From: Deltaproteobacteria bacterium ADurb.Bin151
GTDB lineage: Bacteria > Desulfobacterota > Syntrophia > Syntrophales > Smithellaceae
Assembly (NCBI GenBank): GCA_002070455.1
Contig: MWDG01000003.1
Coordinates: 7,626 to 71,625 of the forward strand
Reading direction: 5' to 3'
DNA: 64,000 nucleotides
Below, piece by piece: positions 1-9,880 of the stretch (position 1 is its first letter; the number at the start of each line of letters is the position of its first letter). The notes below the pieces were generated by a model. That model did no database searches. It was given only the letters and a program-made list of their open reading frames with translations, and had not been told where the DNA came from. The position numbers and the translations under genes were made by a program.

Positions 1-1
1 T

Positions 2-709
2 ATTTTTTTTCTGATTGCTCCTGATTACGCGCTTTCAGCCCTTCTTCTCACAGGCGTATCCGCAGGTGTGGTTTCTCCCATGATTTCAAACATGGTCCGT
101 GGCAACAGTTCGCTGGTGCTCGTGGTGGTTGTGATCACTTCGGCGCTGGTTCCCTTCACGCTTCCGGCGCTCATCAAGACTGTTGCAGCAAAGGAGATGA
201 TGATTTCTTTTTTGCCCATGCTCAAGATGCTGGCCACCGTGATTTTTATCCCGATTGCCATCGTTGAATTGATCCGCTACCTGCTGCCGCGACTCGTTGC
301 CCCGATTTTAAAAGTTCAGTTTCCTTTATCGCTTTTGATGTTTGCCTTGATCAATCTGGGAGTTTTTTATCAGTATGCACCTTTTTTCAGAAAAGACCCC
401 TCGGTGATTATCATGGCGGTGGTGGTTGTTTTCGTGCTTGCGGCTGTTTACTGTGCGGTGGGCATCTTTTTTTTCCGGAAGGGACCGTTGGAAAATCAGC
501 TGGCCGGAGCCGTCATGCTGGGGAATATCAACAACGTTCTGGTCATTGTTTTTTCTTCAAGGTTTTTCGGCCCCGTTGAGCCGCTGGTCGCTGCCATGTA
601 TATGATTCCTTTTTTTGTGCTGGTGATTCCTCTGCGATACTACAGGCACAGGAGAAAGGCAAAAGGACCAAGGATCGAGGATCAAGGTGATAAGGAACAA
701 GATCAATAG
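2..709 (+). CDS. Polytopic membrane transporter, possibly bile acid:Na+ symporter (BASS/SBF)-like; 5' end lies outside the window
   Basis: The frame of the 68..709 ORF stays open back to position 2, so the gene is cut by the window edge. The product is almost entirely hydrophobic helices with a basic C-terminal tail (RYYRHRRKAKG). Family assignment is by general resemblance only. Confidence 0.4.
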   Translation: MFFLIAPDYALSALLLTGVSAGVVSPMISNMVRGNSSLVLVVVVITSALVPFTLPALIKTVAAKEMMISFLPMLKMLATVIFIPIAIVELIRYLLPRLVAPILKVQFPLSLLMFALINLGVFYQYAPFFRKDPSVIIMAVVVVFVLAAVYCAVGIFFFRKGPLENQLAGAVMLGNINNVLVIVFSSRFFGPVEPLVAAMYMIPFFVLVIPLRYYRHRRKAKGPRIEDQGDKEQDQ

Positions 710-879
710 TGGGAATTGTGGAGAAGAAACAATTGAGCATCTATTTTATTGATAGTTGAATCGTTAATGTGCAAGAGTTCCAGAAGAAAGGATGATTGCA
801 GTATTAATGAGGTTGCGTTTTTAAGGTATATTGTGAGAACATAACCAATCATACTATCTTCAGTAATATGGAGGTTGCC

Positions 880-1539
880 ATGCTGAAAAAAACATTGTTC
901 GTCACTGCCGTATTGTTTTGTTTTGTTTCCGTTTCCCTTGCCGCTGACCTGATGCCGGTTAAATTGCCCGCGCCGGATACAAAAGGCGGGAAGCCGTTGA
1001 TGAAGTGCCTAAACGACCGCAAGTCTGACCGTTCATTCAGTACAAAGAAACTGCCCGTGCAAATCCTTGCCAATCTGCTTTGGGCAGCCTGTGGCATCAA
1101 TCGCCCGCAAAGCGGCAATCGAACGGCTCCGTCAGCTCACAACTGGCAGGAAATCGACGTCTATGTCGCACTGGAGGAAGGGCTTTATCTGTACAATCCT
1201 AAAACACATACCCTTGAACCTGTGGTAAAAAGTGATTTGCGAAAGCACACGGCGCGGTTGCCCCAGCCGTCGCGCAGCTCCGTTGTCGGAGCTCCGCTGC
1301 AGCTGATCTATGTGTCCGATTATGCAAAAATGCGATCCGGCCTCGGCGACGAAGACAGGAAATTCTACTCTGCCACAGATACAGCGTTCATTGGCCAAAA
1401 TGTCTATCTGTATTGCGCGTCCGAAGGACTGTACTCGATTATCCGGTCCTTCTTTGACTCAAGTTCTCTGACAAGAGAGATGAAGCTCAAGGACACTCAG
1501 AAAATCATCCTGGTGCAGGCAGTTGGCTATCCGCAATAA
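880..1539 (+). CDS. Nitroreductase / SagB-type dehydrogenase family protein with N-terminal signal peptide
   Basis: The internal ATG at 880 is preceded by GGAGG (871-875). The N-terminus MLKKTLFVTAVLFCFVSVSLAADL looks like a signal peptide. LLWAACGINRP...RTAPSAHNWQEIDVYV...GLYLYNP resembles the SagB/nitroreductase fold signature. Confidence 0.55.
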   Translation: MLKKTLFVTAVLFCFVSVSLAADLMPVKLPAPDTKGGKPLMKCLNDRKSDRSFSTKKLPVQILANLLWAACGINRPQSGNRTAPSAHNWQEIDVYVALEEGLYLYNPKTHTLEPVVKSDLRKHTARLPQPSRSSVVGAPLQLIYVSDYAKMRSGLGDEDRKFYSATDTAFIGQNVYLYCASEGLYSIIRSFFDSSSLTREMKLKDTQKIILVQAVGYPQ

Positions 1540-1564
1540 GCAGGAAAATGAGGGAGGGAAAAGT

Positions 1565-2722
1565 ATGAAAAATTTTTCTTTTTATAACCCGACGAAAATT
1601 CTTTTTGGCAAAGGCAGGATTCAGGATATTGCCGGGGAAATTCCAAAGGAATCAAAAATTCTTTTGACTTACGGAGGAGGAAGTATCAAACGCAACGGAA
1701 TCTTCGATGAGGTGATGGAAGCCCTGCCGGGTTATCACATCATGGAATTTGGTGGCATTGAGCCCAATCCGTCCTATGAAACGTTGATGCAATGTGTGGA
1801 GGTTGTGCGCAAAAACAGCATTGATTTTCTGCTGGCCGTGGGCGGCGGTTCCGTAATCGACGGTACAAAGTTCATCGCCGCTGCCGCCTTGCATGAGGGA
1901 GAGCCCTGGGACATTGTTAAAACCTATGGTAAAGTGATCAAAAGGGCTTTACCGTTCGGCACGGTGCTTACCCTTCCCGCCACAGGTTCGGAGATGAACA
2001 ACGGTGCCGTGATCACCCATAGGGCGTCCAGGACAAAACTTCCCTTTGTGCACCCTTTGCTGTACCCCAGATTTTCCATTTTGGATCCCACAAAGACTTA
2101 CACCCTGCCGCCCGAACAAATCGCAAACGGGGTGGTCGATACGTTTGTCCATGTCATTGAACAATATCTGACTTATCCGGCCAATGGCAAAGTGCAGGAC
2201 CGCTTTGCAGAAGGTCTGCTGCTGACGCTGATTGAAGAAGGACCCAAAGCAATCACACAGCCGATGGATTATGATGTTCGCGCCAATCTGATGTGGTGCG
2301 CGACACTGGGGCTCAACGGGCTCATTGGTGTCGGAGTTCCTCAGGACTGGGCAACGCATATGGTTGGACATGAGATTACGGCGCTCAGGGAGTTGGACCA
2401 TGGCAAGACCCTGGCAGTGGTTTTGCCGGCAATGCTGGATATTCGCAGGAAGGACAAGAAGGAAAAACTCCTGCAGTATGCCGGGCGCGTGTGGGGCCTC
2501 GAAACAGGGAATGAGGATGAGCGCATCGACGCGGCCATCCTCAAAACGCGTGAATTTTTCGAAAGCATGGGCATACCGACCCGTCTCTGTGACTACAATA
2601 TTGCCGCAGATATCATACCGGCTGTCATCGAGCAGTTAAAAACACACCGTATGATCCAGTTGGGCGAGAAGATGGATGTGACGCCGGAACTCGTTGAATC
2701 CGTCCTGAAAAAATGTTTGTAA
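1565..2722 (+). CDS. Iron-containing (group III) alcohol dehydrogenase, YqhD/butanol dehydrogenase-like
   Basis: ATG at 1565 follows GAGGGAGGGA. N-terminus F(Y)NPTKILFGKG, the GGGSVIDGTKFIAAA nucleotide-binding motif and downstream His-rich metal-ligand regions are typical of Fe-ADHs. Confidence 0.85.
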   Translation: MKNFSFYNPTKILFGKGRIQDIAGEIPKESKILLTYGGGSIKRNGIFDEVMEALPGYHIMEFGGIEPNPSYETLMQCVEVVRKNSIDFLLAVGGGSVIDGTKFIAAAALHEGEPWDIVKTYGKVIKRALPFGTVLTLPATGSEMNNGAVITHRASRTKLPFVHPLLYPRFSILDPTKTYTLPPEQIANGVVDTFVHVIEQYLTYPANGKVQDRFAEGLLLTLIEEGPKAITQPMDYDVRANLMWCATLGLNGLIGVGVPQDWATHMVGHEITALRELDHGKTLAVVLPAMLDIRRKDKKEKLLQYAGRVWGLETGNEDERIDAAILKTREFFESMGIPTRLCDYNIAADIIPAVIEQLKTHRMIQLGEKMDVTPELVESVLKKCL

Positions 2723-2753
2723 CAGATTAACAGGATCAAACTGCGGAGATTGA

Positions 2754-3590
2754 ATGATGGATAAAAATTCTGTTATACTGATTTCGGGCTGTTCATCAGG
2801 AATCGGGCTTTCATTGGCCCGCGAGTTTGCGTCGCGCGGATGCAGGGTCTTTGCCACGGCCCGAAAACCGGAGGTTATCGAACATCTGAAAAGCGAAAAG
2901 ATCAACACCCTGGCGCTGGACGTAACGGATCAGCAATCCATTGATGCCTGCGTGGCGGAAGCTCTTGCCAGGGCGGGCAGGATTGATGTGCTGGTCAACA
3001 ACGCAGGTTACGCGCTGATCGGGCCGATAATTGATTTGTCCATCGACGATCTGAGGCGTGAGTTTGAAACCAATGTGATCGGTCTTGTTGCGCTCACCAA
3101 GGCAGTCGCCCCTCAAATGATTGAACGAAAATCCGGCCTGGTCGTCAATATCGCGAGTGTTTCCGGCATCTGCGCCACACCGTTTGCGGGGGCCTATTGC
3201 GCCACAAAAGCTGCAGTCAACCTGCTTTCCGTTTCCATGCGCATTGAACTGGCGCCTTTCGGTATTGCCGTGGTCACCGTGCAGCCGGGGGCGATCAAAT
3301 CCAAATTTGGAGAGGCAGCCTCCAACAGCATCAAACTTCGGGAAGATTCTGTCTATGCGCCGGTGGCCGTATACATTCAGGAGCGGGCCACATCTTCACA
3401 GAAGAATCCAACAACGGCGGAAGAATTTTCCCGGAAACTTGTTGATTCACTTTTTCTCAAAACGATTCCCAAAGTGATTCGTCTGGGCAGGCAATCGACC
3501 CAGCTGCCGCTGGTTGCCGCATTGCCGGCTGACCAGTTCGACCACTTGATGAGCAAAACGTTTGGCCTGAAAAAACTCGCGAGGAAATAA
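2754..3590 (+). CDS. Short-chain dehydrogenase/reductase (classical SDR)
   Basis: Contains the SGCSSGIG (TGxxxGIG-type) cofactor motif, NNAG, and the catalytic YCATKAA (YxxxK). Confidence 0.85.
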   Translation: MMDKNSVILISGCSSGIGLSLAREFASRGCRVFATARKPEVIEHLKSEKINTLALDVTDQQSIDACVAEALARAGRIDVLVNNAGYALIGPIIDLSIDDLRREFETNVIGLVALTKAVAPQMIERKSGLVVNIASVSGICATPFAGAYCATKAAVNLLSVSMRIELAPFGIAVVTVQPGAIKSKFGEAASNSIKLREDSVYAPVAVYIQERATSSQKNPTTAEEFSRKLVDSLFLKTIPKVIRLGRQSTQLPLVAALPADQFDHLMSKTFGLKKLARK

Positions 3591-3612
3591 AACAGAAAGG
3601 ATAGGGGGTGCC

Positions 3613-3750
3613 ATGCAATTCACTTTTGCCCACAACAATTTCAATGTTCTGAATCTGGAAAAATCCTTGCCTTTCATGTTGAAATTATTCCGAAAAAGCG
3701 TTAATTTCGTCAGACAGCAAATGGATGCTGCCCAAAGAAATATTTATTGA
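3613..3750 (+). pseudogene. Remnant of a VOC/glyoxalase-family gene (only the N-terminal ~22 codons look authentic)
   Basis: A 45-codon ORF follows an AGGATAGGGGG SD. It begins MQFTFAHNNFNVLNLEKSLPF, the usual N-terminus of VOC/glyoxalase proteins, then diverges into unrelated sequence and stops. Confidence 0.4.
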
Positions 3751-3885
3751 TTTTTAGTTCATTGTCCTTTAGAGTTGCCGCCGTAAATGGATGTCTGCAT
3801 CTGGTTGCCGCCGTTTTCGGGATGACGGCGATTCAAACTCCAATCCTAATGTCACTGCGTGTGGTAAAATGCCTGTTTCCAGGCA

Positions 3886-5799
3886 TTGATGTGCCCGATA
3901 ATTGAAATCAAGAAAGTCAGACAGGGAGGACAACAATTGAATATTGATAGTAAAATACTGAGCGAAGAAAATCTTCAGAAAATCAGACAACTCAACAATC
4001 CGAATGTGGAAAGGATCGTCGAGGAATATGTGAATTTATGCAAGCCGGCCAAAGTATCCGTCATTACAGACAGCTTCCCCGATATCGGTTACGTACGTCA
4101 GCAGGCGCTGGAACTGGGGGAAGAGAAAAAGCTGGCCATGCCGGGTCACACCATTCATTTCGACAGTTTTTACGATCAGGGGCGTGATAAAAAGAACACC
4201 TGCCTGCTGGTTACCCCGGACATGAAAGTGTCGAAAATTATCGATGTCAAAGACCGGGAGGAAGGCCTTAAGGAAGTCCATCAAATTATGGACGGCATCA
4301 TGAAGGGCAAGGAATGCTTTGTCCGGTTCTTCTGCCTGGGGCCGCTTCATTCACGTTTCTCCATTGCCGCGCTTCAGATTACCGATTCCGCTTATGTTTC
4401 CCACAGTGAAGATCTGCTCTACCGGGTTGGGTACGAACATTTTAAAACGCTGAACGGTTCGGATGATTTCTTCTACCTGGTTCACTCGGCGGGAGAACTC
4501 GATGAGCGGGGCAACACAAAGAACATCAAAGACCGGCGGATTTATATCGACGTCCTGGGCAAGAAAGTTCTGACGGTGAATAACCAGTATGCAGGAAACA
4601 GTGTGGGCTTAAAAAAACTGGCGCTTCGGCTGGCCATTTATAAAGCCAATAAGGAAGACTGGTTGACGGAGCACATGTTCATCATGGGAGTGAAACCGGA
4701 AGGCAAGAAACGGGTGACCTATTTTACCGGCGCGTTTCCCAGTGCCTGCGGGAAGACTTCCACCGCCATGGTTCCGGGTCAGCAGATTGTCGGGGACGAT
4801 ATCGCTTACATCCGGCATAGCGATGACGGCAAAGCTTACGCGGTCAATATTGAACAGGGTATCTTTGGTATTATCGAAGATGTCAATCCCATCGATGATC
4901 CGGTGATTTATGAAGCGCTTACCACGCCACGCGAACTGATTTTTTCCAACGTGCTGGTGAAGGATGATAAGCCATACTGGATGGGGATGGGGCAGATTCT
5001 TCCCGATGAAGGCGAGAATTTCTCCGGGGAGTGGAAGAAGGGAAAGAAAGACGACAAGGGAAATGAAATTCTGCCGTCGCACAAAAACGCCCGCTATACG
5101 ATACGCCTCAGTGAACTGAAAAACGTGGACCCCAAACTCTATGATCCCGATGGTGTTCCGGTCAGCGGCATCATTTACGGCGGTCGTGATTCCGATACAT
5201 CTGTTCCTGTTTACCAGAGCTTTGACTGGGCGCATGGCATGTTTATCGGTGCGTCGCTGGAATCGGAAACCACGGCGGCCACGATTGGAGCGGTGGGCGT
5301 ACGGGAGCTTTCTCCCATGGCCAACCTGGATTTTCTGGTCGTCCCGCTGGGGACCTACCTTTCCAACCACCTGAAATTCGGTGAACGATTGATTGTCAAA
5401 CCGCTGATCTTTTCGACTAATTACTTCCTGAAGGAAGATGGAAAGTTCATCAACGACAAGGTGGATAAGAAAGTCTGGCTCATGTGGATGGAAGGCCGGA
5501 TCCATGGCGAGTACACCGCCATCGAGACGCCGATCGGCTATATTCCCAAGTATGAAGATGTCGCAAAGCTCTTTGTCCAGATTTTCGGCAAGAAATTCAC
5601 GCGAGATGTTTATGACAAACTGTTTGCCATCCGGGTGGACAAGTTCCTTGAGAAACTGGATCGAGTGGAAAAAGCCTATGCGGAAGAGGAAAATATCCCT
5701 TCGGAATTTCACGCTATCATGGAGATGTTAAGAAACCGTCTGAATGCGGCAAAACAAAAATCGGGCAAGTCGGTTATTCCGCCCGGTGAATTCGCCTAG
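3886..5799 (+). CDS. pckG: Phosphoenolpyruvate carboxykinase (GTP)
   Basis: FPSACGKTS kinase-1a motif, plus NARYT and GGRDSD-type motifs of GTP-PEPCK. The start is uncertain: TTG/ATG at 3886/3889, or TTG at 3937 preceded by GGAGGA. Confidence 0.85.
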   Translation: MMCPIIEIKKVRQGGQQLNIDSKILSEENLQKIRQLNNPNVERIVEEYVNLCKPAKVSVITDSFPDIGYVRQQALELGEEKKLAMPGHTIHFDSFYDQGRDKKNTCLLVTPDMKVSKIIDVKDREEGLKEVHQIMDGIMKGKECFVRFFCLGPLHSRFSIAALQITDSAYVSHSEDLLYRVGYEHFKTLNGSDDFFYLVHSAGELDERGNTKNIKDRRIYIDVLGKKVLTVNNQYAGNSVGLKKLALRLAIYKANKEDWLTEHMFIMGVKPEGKKRVTYFTGAFPSACGKTSTAMVPGQQIVGDDIAYIRHSDDGKAYAVNIEQGIFGIIEDVNPIDDPVIYEALTTPRELIFSNVLVKDDKPYWMGMGQILPDEGENFSGEWKKGKKDDKGNEILPSHKNARYTIRLSELKNVDPKLYDPDGVPVSGIIYGGRDSDTSVPVYQSFDWAHGMFIGASLESETTAATIGAVGVRELSPMANLDFLVVPLGTYLSNHLKFGERLIVKPLIFSTNYFLKEDGKFINDKVDKKVWLMWMEGRIHGEYTAIETPIGYIPKYEDVAKLFVQIFGKKFTRDVYDKLFAIRVDKFLEKLDRVEKAYAEEENIPSEFHAIMEMLRNRLNAAKQKSGKSVIPPGEFA

Positions 5800-5822
5800 A
5801 TTAATTTTCTGACCCAAACAAT

Positions 5823-5854
5823 AAAACCCCGCCAACAAAGCGGGGTTTTATTTT
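5823..5854. terminator. Bidirectional Rho-independent terminator between convergent pckG and dctM
   Basis: AAAACCCCGC-caacaaa-GCGGGGTTTT stem-loop flanked by an A-run and a T-run. Confidence 0.8.
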
Positions 5855-5903
5855 CACTACAATCCTTGGAATCTAACAGTCTAATAGCCTACAGCCTATC
5901 TAC

Positions 5904-7205
5904 CTATTTCAACATCTGCGGCAGGAAGGTTACAATGTTCGGAAAAATCAACAGAAGAACGGCCAGTGCAATCATGGCATAAAGCATGTGCAATGATCCC
6001 TTGAAAACAACATGCAGCGGTACGTCACGGGCGACGCCTGCTACAACATAGGCATTAATTCCAACCGGAGGGGTGATCACCCCCATTTCGGCAACGATGA
6101 CAATGATGACGCCAAACCAGATTGGGTCAAAATTCATGCTGAGGATAACTGGATAGATAATGGGAATGGTGAGCATGATCATGGCCAGAGAATCCATCAG
6201 ACAGCCGAGGCACAGGTAAATCAGAATGATGAAACCCATGATGATCATGGGATGGAGCTGCAGCCCGGAAACAAAAGTTCCGATATCAGCGGGGATACGC
6301 GTAACAGCCAGAAAATGTCCAAATACCGTGGCGCCGGCAACCACCACAAAGATCATACAGGAAATACGCGTCGTGTCATAAAGCGCGTTTACAAAACCTT
6401 TCCAGGTCAGATTGCGGCCGACCAGAGCGATAATGATGGTGCCGAAAGCCCCCACTCCCGCTGCTTCCGTTGGTGTGAAAAATCCGGCAAAAAGGCCGCC
6501 CATGACTAGGATAAACAGGAGAAGGGTTTCAATAAGACCGGACAGGGATTTGATCTTTTCACTCCATGTGCTTTTCGGGCCGCGCGGTCCAATTTCCGGG
6601 CGGAAGAACGTCCAGATTAAGATAGAAAGAACAAAGAAGCAGGACAATAGAATTCCGGGAATGACTCCGGCCATGAACAGTTCACCGATAGACTGTTCGG
6701 TCATGATTCCGTAAATAATGAAAATGGTGCTGGGCGGTATAAGAATTCCCAGGCTGCCTCCCGCAGTTACAACACCGGTGGCCAATGCGGGATCGTATTT
6801 GTATTTCTTCATTTCCGGCAGAGCGACGGAGGCCATGGTTGCCGCGGTCGCGCTGGTGGAGCCGCAGACAGCGGAAAAACCGGCACAGGCGCCGATGGTG
6901 GCGACTGCCAGGCCGCCCGGCAGATGCCCGAAAAATTTATGGGCTGCATTGAAAAGACGACGGCTGATTCCGGAGTGAAAGGCAACCTGTCCCATGAGGA
7001 CAAACAGGGGAATCACGGTCAGGTTGTAAGCACTGAAGGTGGAATAAAAGTCGCGAATGAGCAGGTTGGACGCGGCACTCCAGGAAACAATATAACCAAA
7101 CCCGAGATAACCGACGAGCGCCATGACAAATCCCACCGGTACATGCAAGAACATCAGAATAATCAGTGCGGCAAAGCCAATCAGGCCGATCATGGTGGGG
7201 GTCAT
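5904..7205 (-). CDS. dctM: TRAP transporter large permease subunit
   Basis: 433-aa polytopic protein with typical DctM length and sequence character. It overlaps the upstream dctQ by 4 nt. Confidence 0.9.
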   Translation of the reverse strand: MTPTMIGLIGFAALIILMFLHVPVGFVMALVGYLGFGYIVSWSAASNLLIRDFYSTFSAYNLTVIPLFVLMGQVAFHSGISRRLFNAAHKFFGHLPGGLAVATIGACAGFSAVCGSTSATAATMASVALPEMKKYKYDPALATGVVTAGGSLGILIPPSTIFIIYGIMTEQSIGELFMAGVIPGILLSCFFVLSILIWTFFRPEIGPRGPKSTWSEKIKSLSGLIETLLLFILVMGGLFAGFFTPTEAAGVGAFGTIIIALVGRNLTWKGFVNALYDTTRISCMIFVVVAGATVFGHFLAVTRIPADIGTFVSGLQLHPMIIMGFIILIYLCLGCLMDSLAMIMLTIPIIYPVILSMNFDPIWFGVIIVIVAEMGVITPPVGINAYVVAGVARDVPLHVVFKGSLHMLYAMIALAVLLLIFPNIVTFLPQMLK

Positions 7206-7687
7206 CGGTCAATGGTCCTTCGGAAAGATTTTATGCATTCGGTGATCAGAAGAAGACACAGCAGGGCACAGCCTGCGGCAATCCCATAGATAAAAGGGTA
7301 AGCCGGCATTTGCAGGGTTGCCGAAACTTCACCGCTGTTTTTCAGATCCATTGCGTAAAGGACGGCCTGATAAGCAATGACACCGAAGAGCAGCGCGCCA
7401 ATCAAATTGCCGAACGATTCAATGGCCAGCTGTACTCTCTGAGGAAACTTTTCAAACAGAAGCTCAACGGCAATGTGACCTTTTTCTATGGAAGTGAATG
7501 CCAGGGCAAAGGATACGACGATGGTCCCCAGAAATCCTACCAGCTCGTACGTTCCGGGGATAGGCCTGCCGAATATCCGTAGAATTACATCCGCTACGGA
7601 CAGCAGCATCATGGCGACAACAGCCGCGCAGGCAAGGATGTTAAAAGCCTTGCCTGCGCGTGAGAGATTTTTTACAGGACTAAGCAT
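7202..7687 (-). CDS. dctQ: TRAP transporter small permease subunit
   Basis: 161 aa with 4 predicted TM helices, located between dctP and dctM. Confidence 0.8.
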   Translation of the reverse strand: MLSPVKNLSRAGKAFNILACAAVVAMMLLSVADVILRIFGRPIPGTYELVGFLGTIVVSFALAFTSIEKGHIAVELLFEKFPQRVQLAIESFGNLIGALLFGVIAYQAVLYAMDLKNSGEVSATLQMPAYPFIYGIAAGCALLCLLLITECIKSFRRTIDR

Positions 7688-7703
7688 GACTTAAGGAAGT
7701 CCG

Positions 7704-8732
7704 TTATTTTTTGACCTTGGAATGTTTCTTGATCAATGCTTTCACTTCTGCTACTGCCTGTTTGCCCGGCAGACCCTTGCTTTCCGCGTTTTTGATATAT
7801 TTTTCTGTTACCGGTTTGACGGCTGCTTCCCATTTTGCTTCTTCGGCAGCCGGCAATTTGATCACTTTATTGCCGAGTTCTGCGGAGTACTTATATCCTT
7901 CCACGTCAGCGTCATCCCAGGCTTTGCCGGCAACGGCAATCCATTCCTGGCTGACATCATCGAATGCTTTCTGGATATCTTTAGGGAGCGAATTCCATTT
8001 TTTCTTGTTCATGACAACAAACATGGCGGTCGTATAGCCGATGTTGGTGCAGTCGGTAGTGTACTTGACAACCTGTGCCTGTTTCCAGCCTTTCAGTGTT
8101 TCCATCGGGGCCAGCGTGCCCTGCACGACACCCTTTTGCAGGGCCTCGTACGTTCCACCCTGCGGCATGGCGACGGAGACGCCACCCAGGTTTTCCACGA
8201 TCTTGGCGGAAAGGCCTGTGGATCGTATCTTCATTCCTTTCATATTCGCCAGGCTATTAACGGGTTTTTGAGTATGTAAAAGGCCGGGACCGTGAGCATG
8301 CAGATAGAGGACCTTGACTCCGTCAAGTTCTTTTGGTTGCATTCTTTTTACAAAGTCGTTGGCGACCAGGGTGGCAACCATACCGTTGGGGTATCCCATC
8401 GGCAGATCCAGGGCTTCCAGAAGCGGCAACCGGCCCCTCGTGTATGCGAAGCAGGACATGCCAATATCAGAAATTCCCTTTTCAACACCATCAAAACATT
8501 GATCGGCAGGTGTCAACGAGCCTCCGGTAAAAATGTTGATTTTAACCTTGCCGCCGGTGCGTTTTTCTATTTCCTTGGCCCAGCTTTCACCGGCTTTGGC
8601 CTGGGCATGTGTGGCCGGGAAAAAGATACTGTAAGTTAAAGTGGTCTGTGCCATTACACTGGACCCGAACAAAAACGTGACAAACAATGCTGTAAATAAC
8701 GATACTCTCACGAAAAAAGACCTTTTTTTCAT
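7704..8732 (-). CDS. dctP: TRAP transporter periplasmic solute-binding subunit (DctP family)
   Basis: The internal ATG at 8732 follows GGGGGAGAA. Signal peptide MKKRSFFVRVSLFTALFVTFLFGSSVMA. Body is typical of DctP-type SBPs. Confidence 0.85.
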   Translation of the reverse strand: MKKRSFFVRVSLFTALFVTFLFGSSVMAQTTLTYSIFFPATHAQAKAGESWAKEIEKRTGGKVKINIFTGGSLTPADQCFDGVEKGISDIGMSCFAYTRGRLPLLEALDLPMGYPNGMVATLVANDFVKRMQPKELDGVKVLYLHAHGPGLLHTQKPVNSLANMKGMKIRSTGLSAKIVENLGGVSVAMPQGGTYEALQKGVVQGTLAPMETLKGWKQAQVVKYTTDCTNIGYTTAMFVVMNKKKWNSLPKDIQKAFDDVSQEWIAVAGKAWDDADVEGYKYSAELGNKVIKLPAAEEAKWEAAVKPVTEKYIKNAESKGLPGKQAVAEVKALIKKHSKVKK

Positions 8733-9016
8733 TTGTCCTAATTCTCCCCCTTTTCTGTTTTTTTTGATAAAAAAACCCCGTCGCTCTTGATGATTCAATA
8801 TGCAAAATTCTGTTTGTGATTTTTGGTGAGCCTGCTTACCTTAAGTTTTGCGGGGGCAAGCAGGCATCAATACATATAGATGCAATAAGGTGAGGACTTG
8901 CTTATGGAAAAATTATGCATACTGTCGTCCATAACGCTGTATTGCCTTGGGGTAATATTTGATTTGACCGGCTGTGTCAAGTTGATTTTATGTTTCATGC
9001 TGCCAGGACCCTGTTT

Positions 9017-9307
9017 TTAGTGTTTTTCTACCTTCAGTTTATCCAGTTCTTCGCGGTAACGTTCAGCCTGGGCTCTGGCCGATTCAATTTCTTCTCTTGC
9101 CTTTTCCAGCTCTTCATCCTGCCTCTGTCTTTCTTCACGGATTTTATCCTGTATTTCATCAAAACCCACATAGATAGCCAGTGCACCACCCAAAAGAAGA
9201 AAAATCGGCAGGGCGCCTCTGATAATGGTTAAAAAATCGGTCCACCAGAAAATCAAGCTGATCAGTCCAAAAATAGCGGTGCCGACTCCTACCGTCAGCA
9301 AAGACAT
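9017..9307 (-). CDS. Small membrane protein with C-terminal charged coiled-coil (unknown function)
   Basis: ATG at 9307 is preceded by GGAGG. It has two hydrophobic helices followed by EERQRQDEELEKAREEIESARAQAERYREELDKLK. Confidence 0.55.
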   Translation of the reverse strand: MSLLTVGVGTAIFGLISLIFWWTDFLTIIRGALPIFLLLGGALAIYVGFDEIQDKIREERQRQDEELEKAREEIESARAQAERYREELDKLKVEKH

Positions 9308-9424
9308 AATGCAACCTCCGGACAATTGACTTACAAATCGGTTCAATTATAATTTGCGAATATCTATCATGAATACCATAGTTGGGCAAGCCGGAAATAG
9401 ATGATCATGGAGATAAAATATTGC

Positions 9425-9453
9425 TTGATTTAATAAAGGGCATCATCTAGATA
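9425..9453 (+). promoter_or_regulatory. Candidate sigma-70 promoter for the his cluster (TTGATT-17-TAGATA)
   Basis: Hexamers with 17-nt spacing sit about 55 nt upstream of the hisI ATG. Confidence 0.3.
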
Positions 9454-9508
9454 ATAAAGTTTATTAAAGCAGTGCATATAACACGTCAATTAATTAAGGA
9501 TGAAATGA

Positions 9509-9880
9509 ATGGATCTGAATTTCAATAAAAGCGACGGGCTGATCCCGGCCATCGTTCAAGATGCTGAAACAAAAGATGTATTGATGCTGGCCTATATGAA
9601 CCGGGAATCGTGGGAAGCTACCCTGAAATCCGGGAAAGCGACTTTCTGGAGCCGCTCCAGACAAAAATTATGGCTGAAAGGTGAAAGTTCCGGCCATGTG
9701 CAGATTATTAAAAATATTTTCATCGATTGTGATGACGACACCATTTTGCTTCAGGTGGAACAATTGGGAGGGGCGGCCTGTCACACGGGGCACCGATCCT
9801 GTTTTTACCGGAAACTTGAAGGCGGTGAGCTTATTGTTGTGGGAGAAAAAGTATTTGATCCGAAGGATGTGTATAAATGA
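9509..9880 (+). CDS. hisI: Phosphoribosyl-AMP cyclohydrolase (monofunctional HisI)
   Basis: GLIPAIVQD...[18 protein letters not shown]...DCDDDTILL...GAACHTG..SCF. Confidence 0.9.
   Translation: MDLNFNKSDGLIPAIVQDAETKDVLMLAYMNRESWEATLKSGKATFWSRSRQKLWLKGESSGHVQIIKNIFIDCDDDTILLQVEQLGGAACHTGHRSCFYRKLEGGELIVVGEKVFDPKDVYK

Noticed and set aside
8831-8867. Imperfect hairpin GCCTGCTTACC...GGCAAGCAGGC between the 9017 gene and dctP, as a possible terminator.
   Set aside because: No T-run follows on either strand and there is one mismatch in the stem. The evidence is insufficient to call it.
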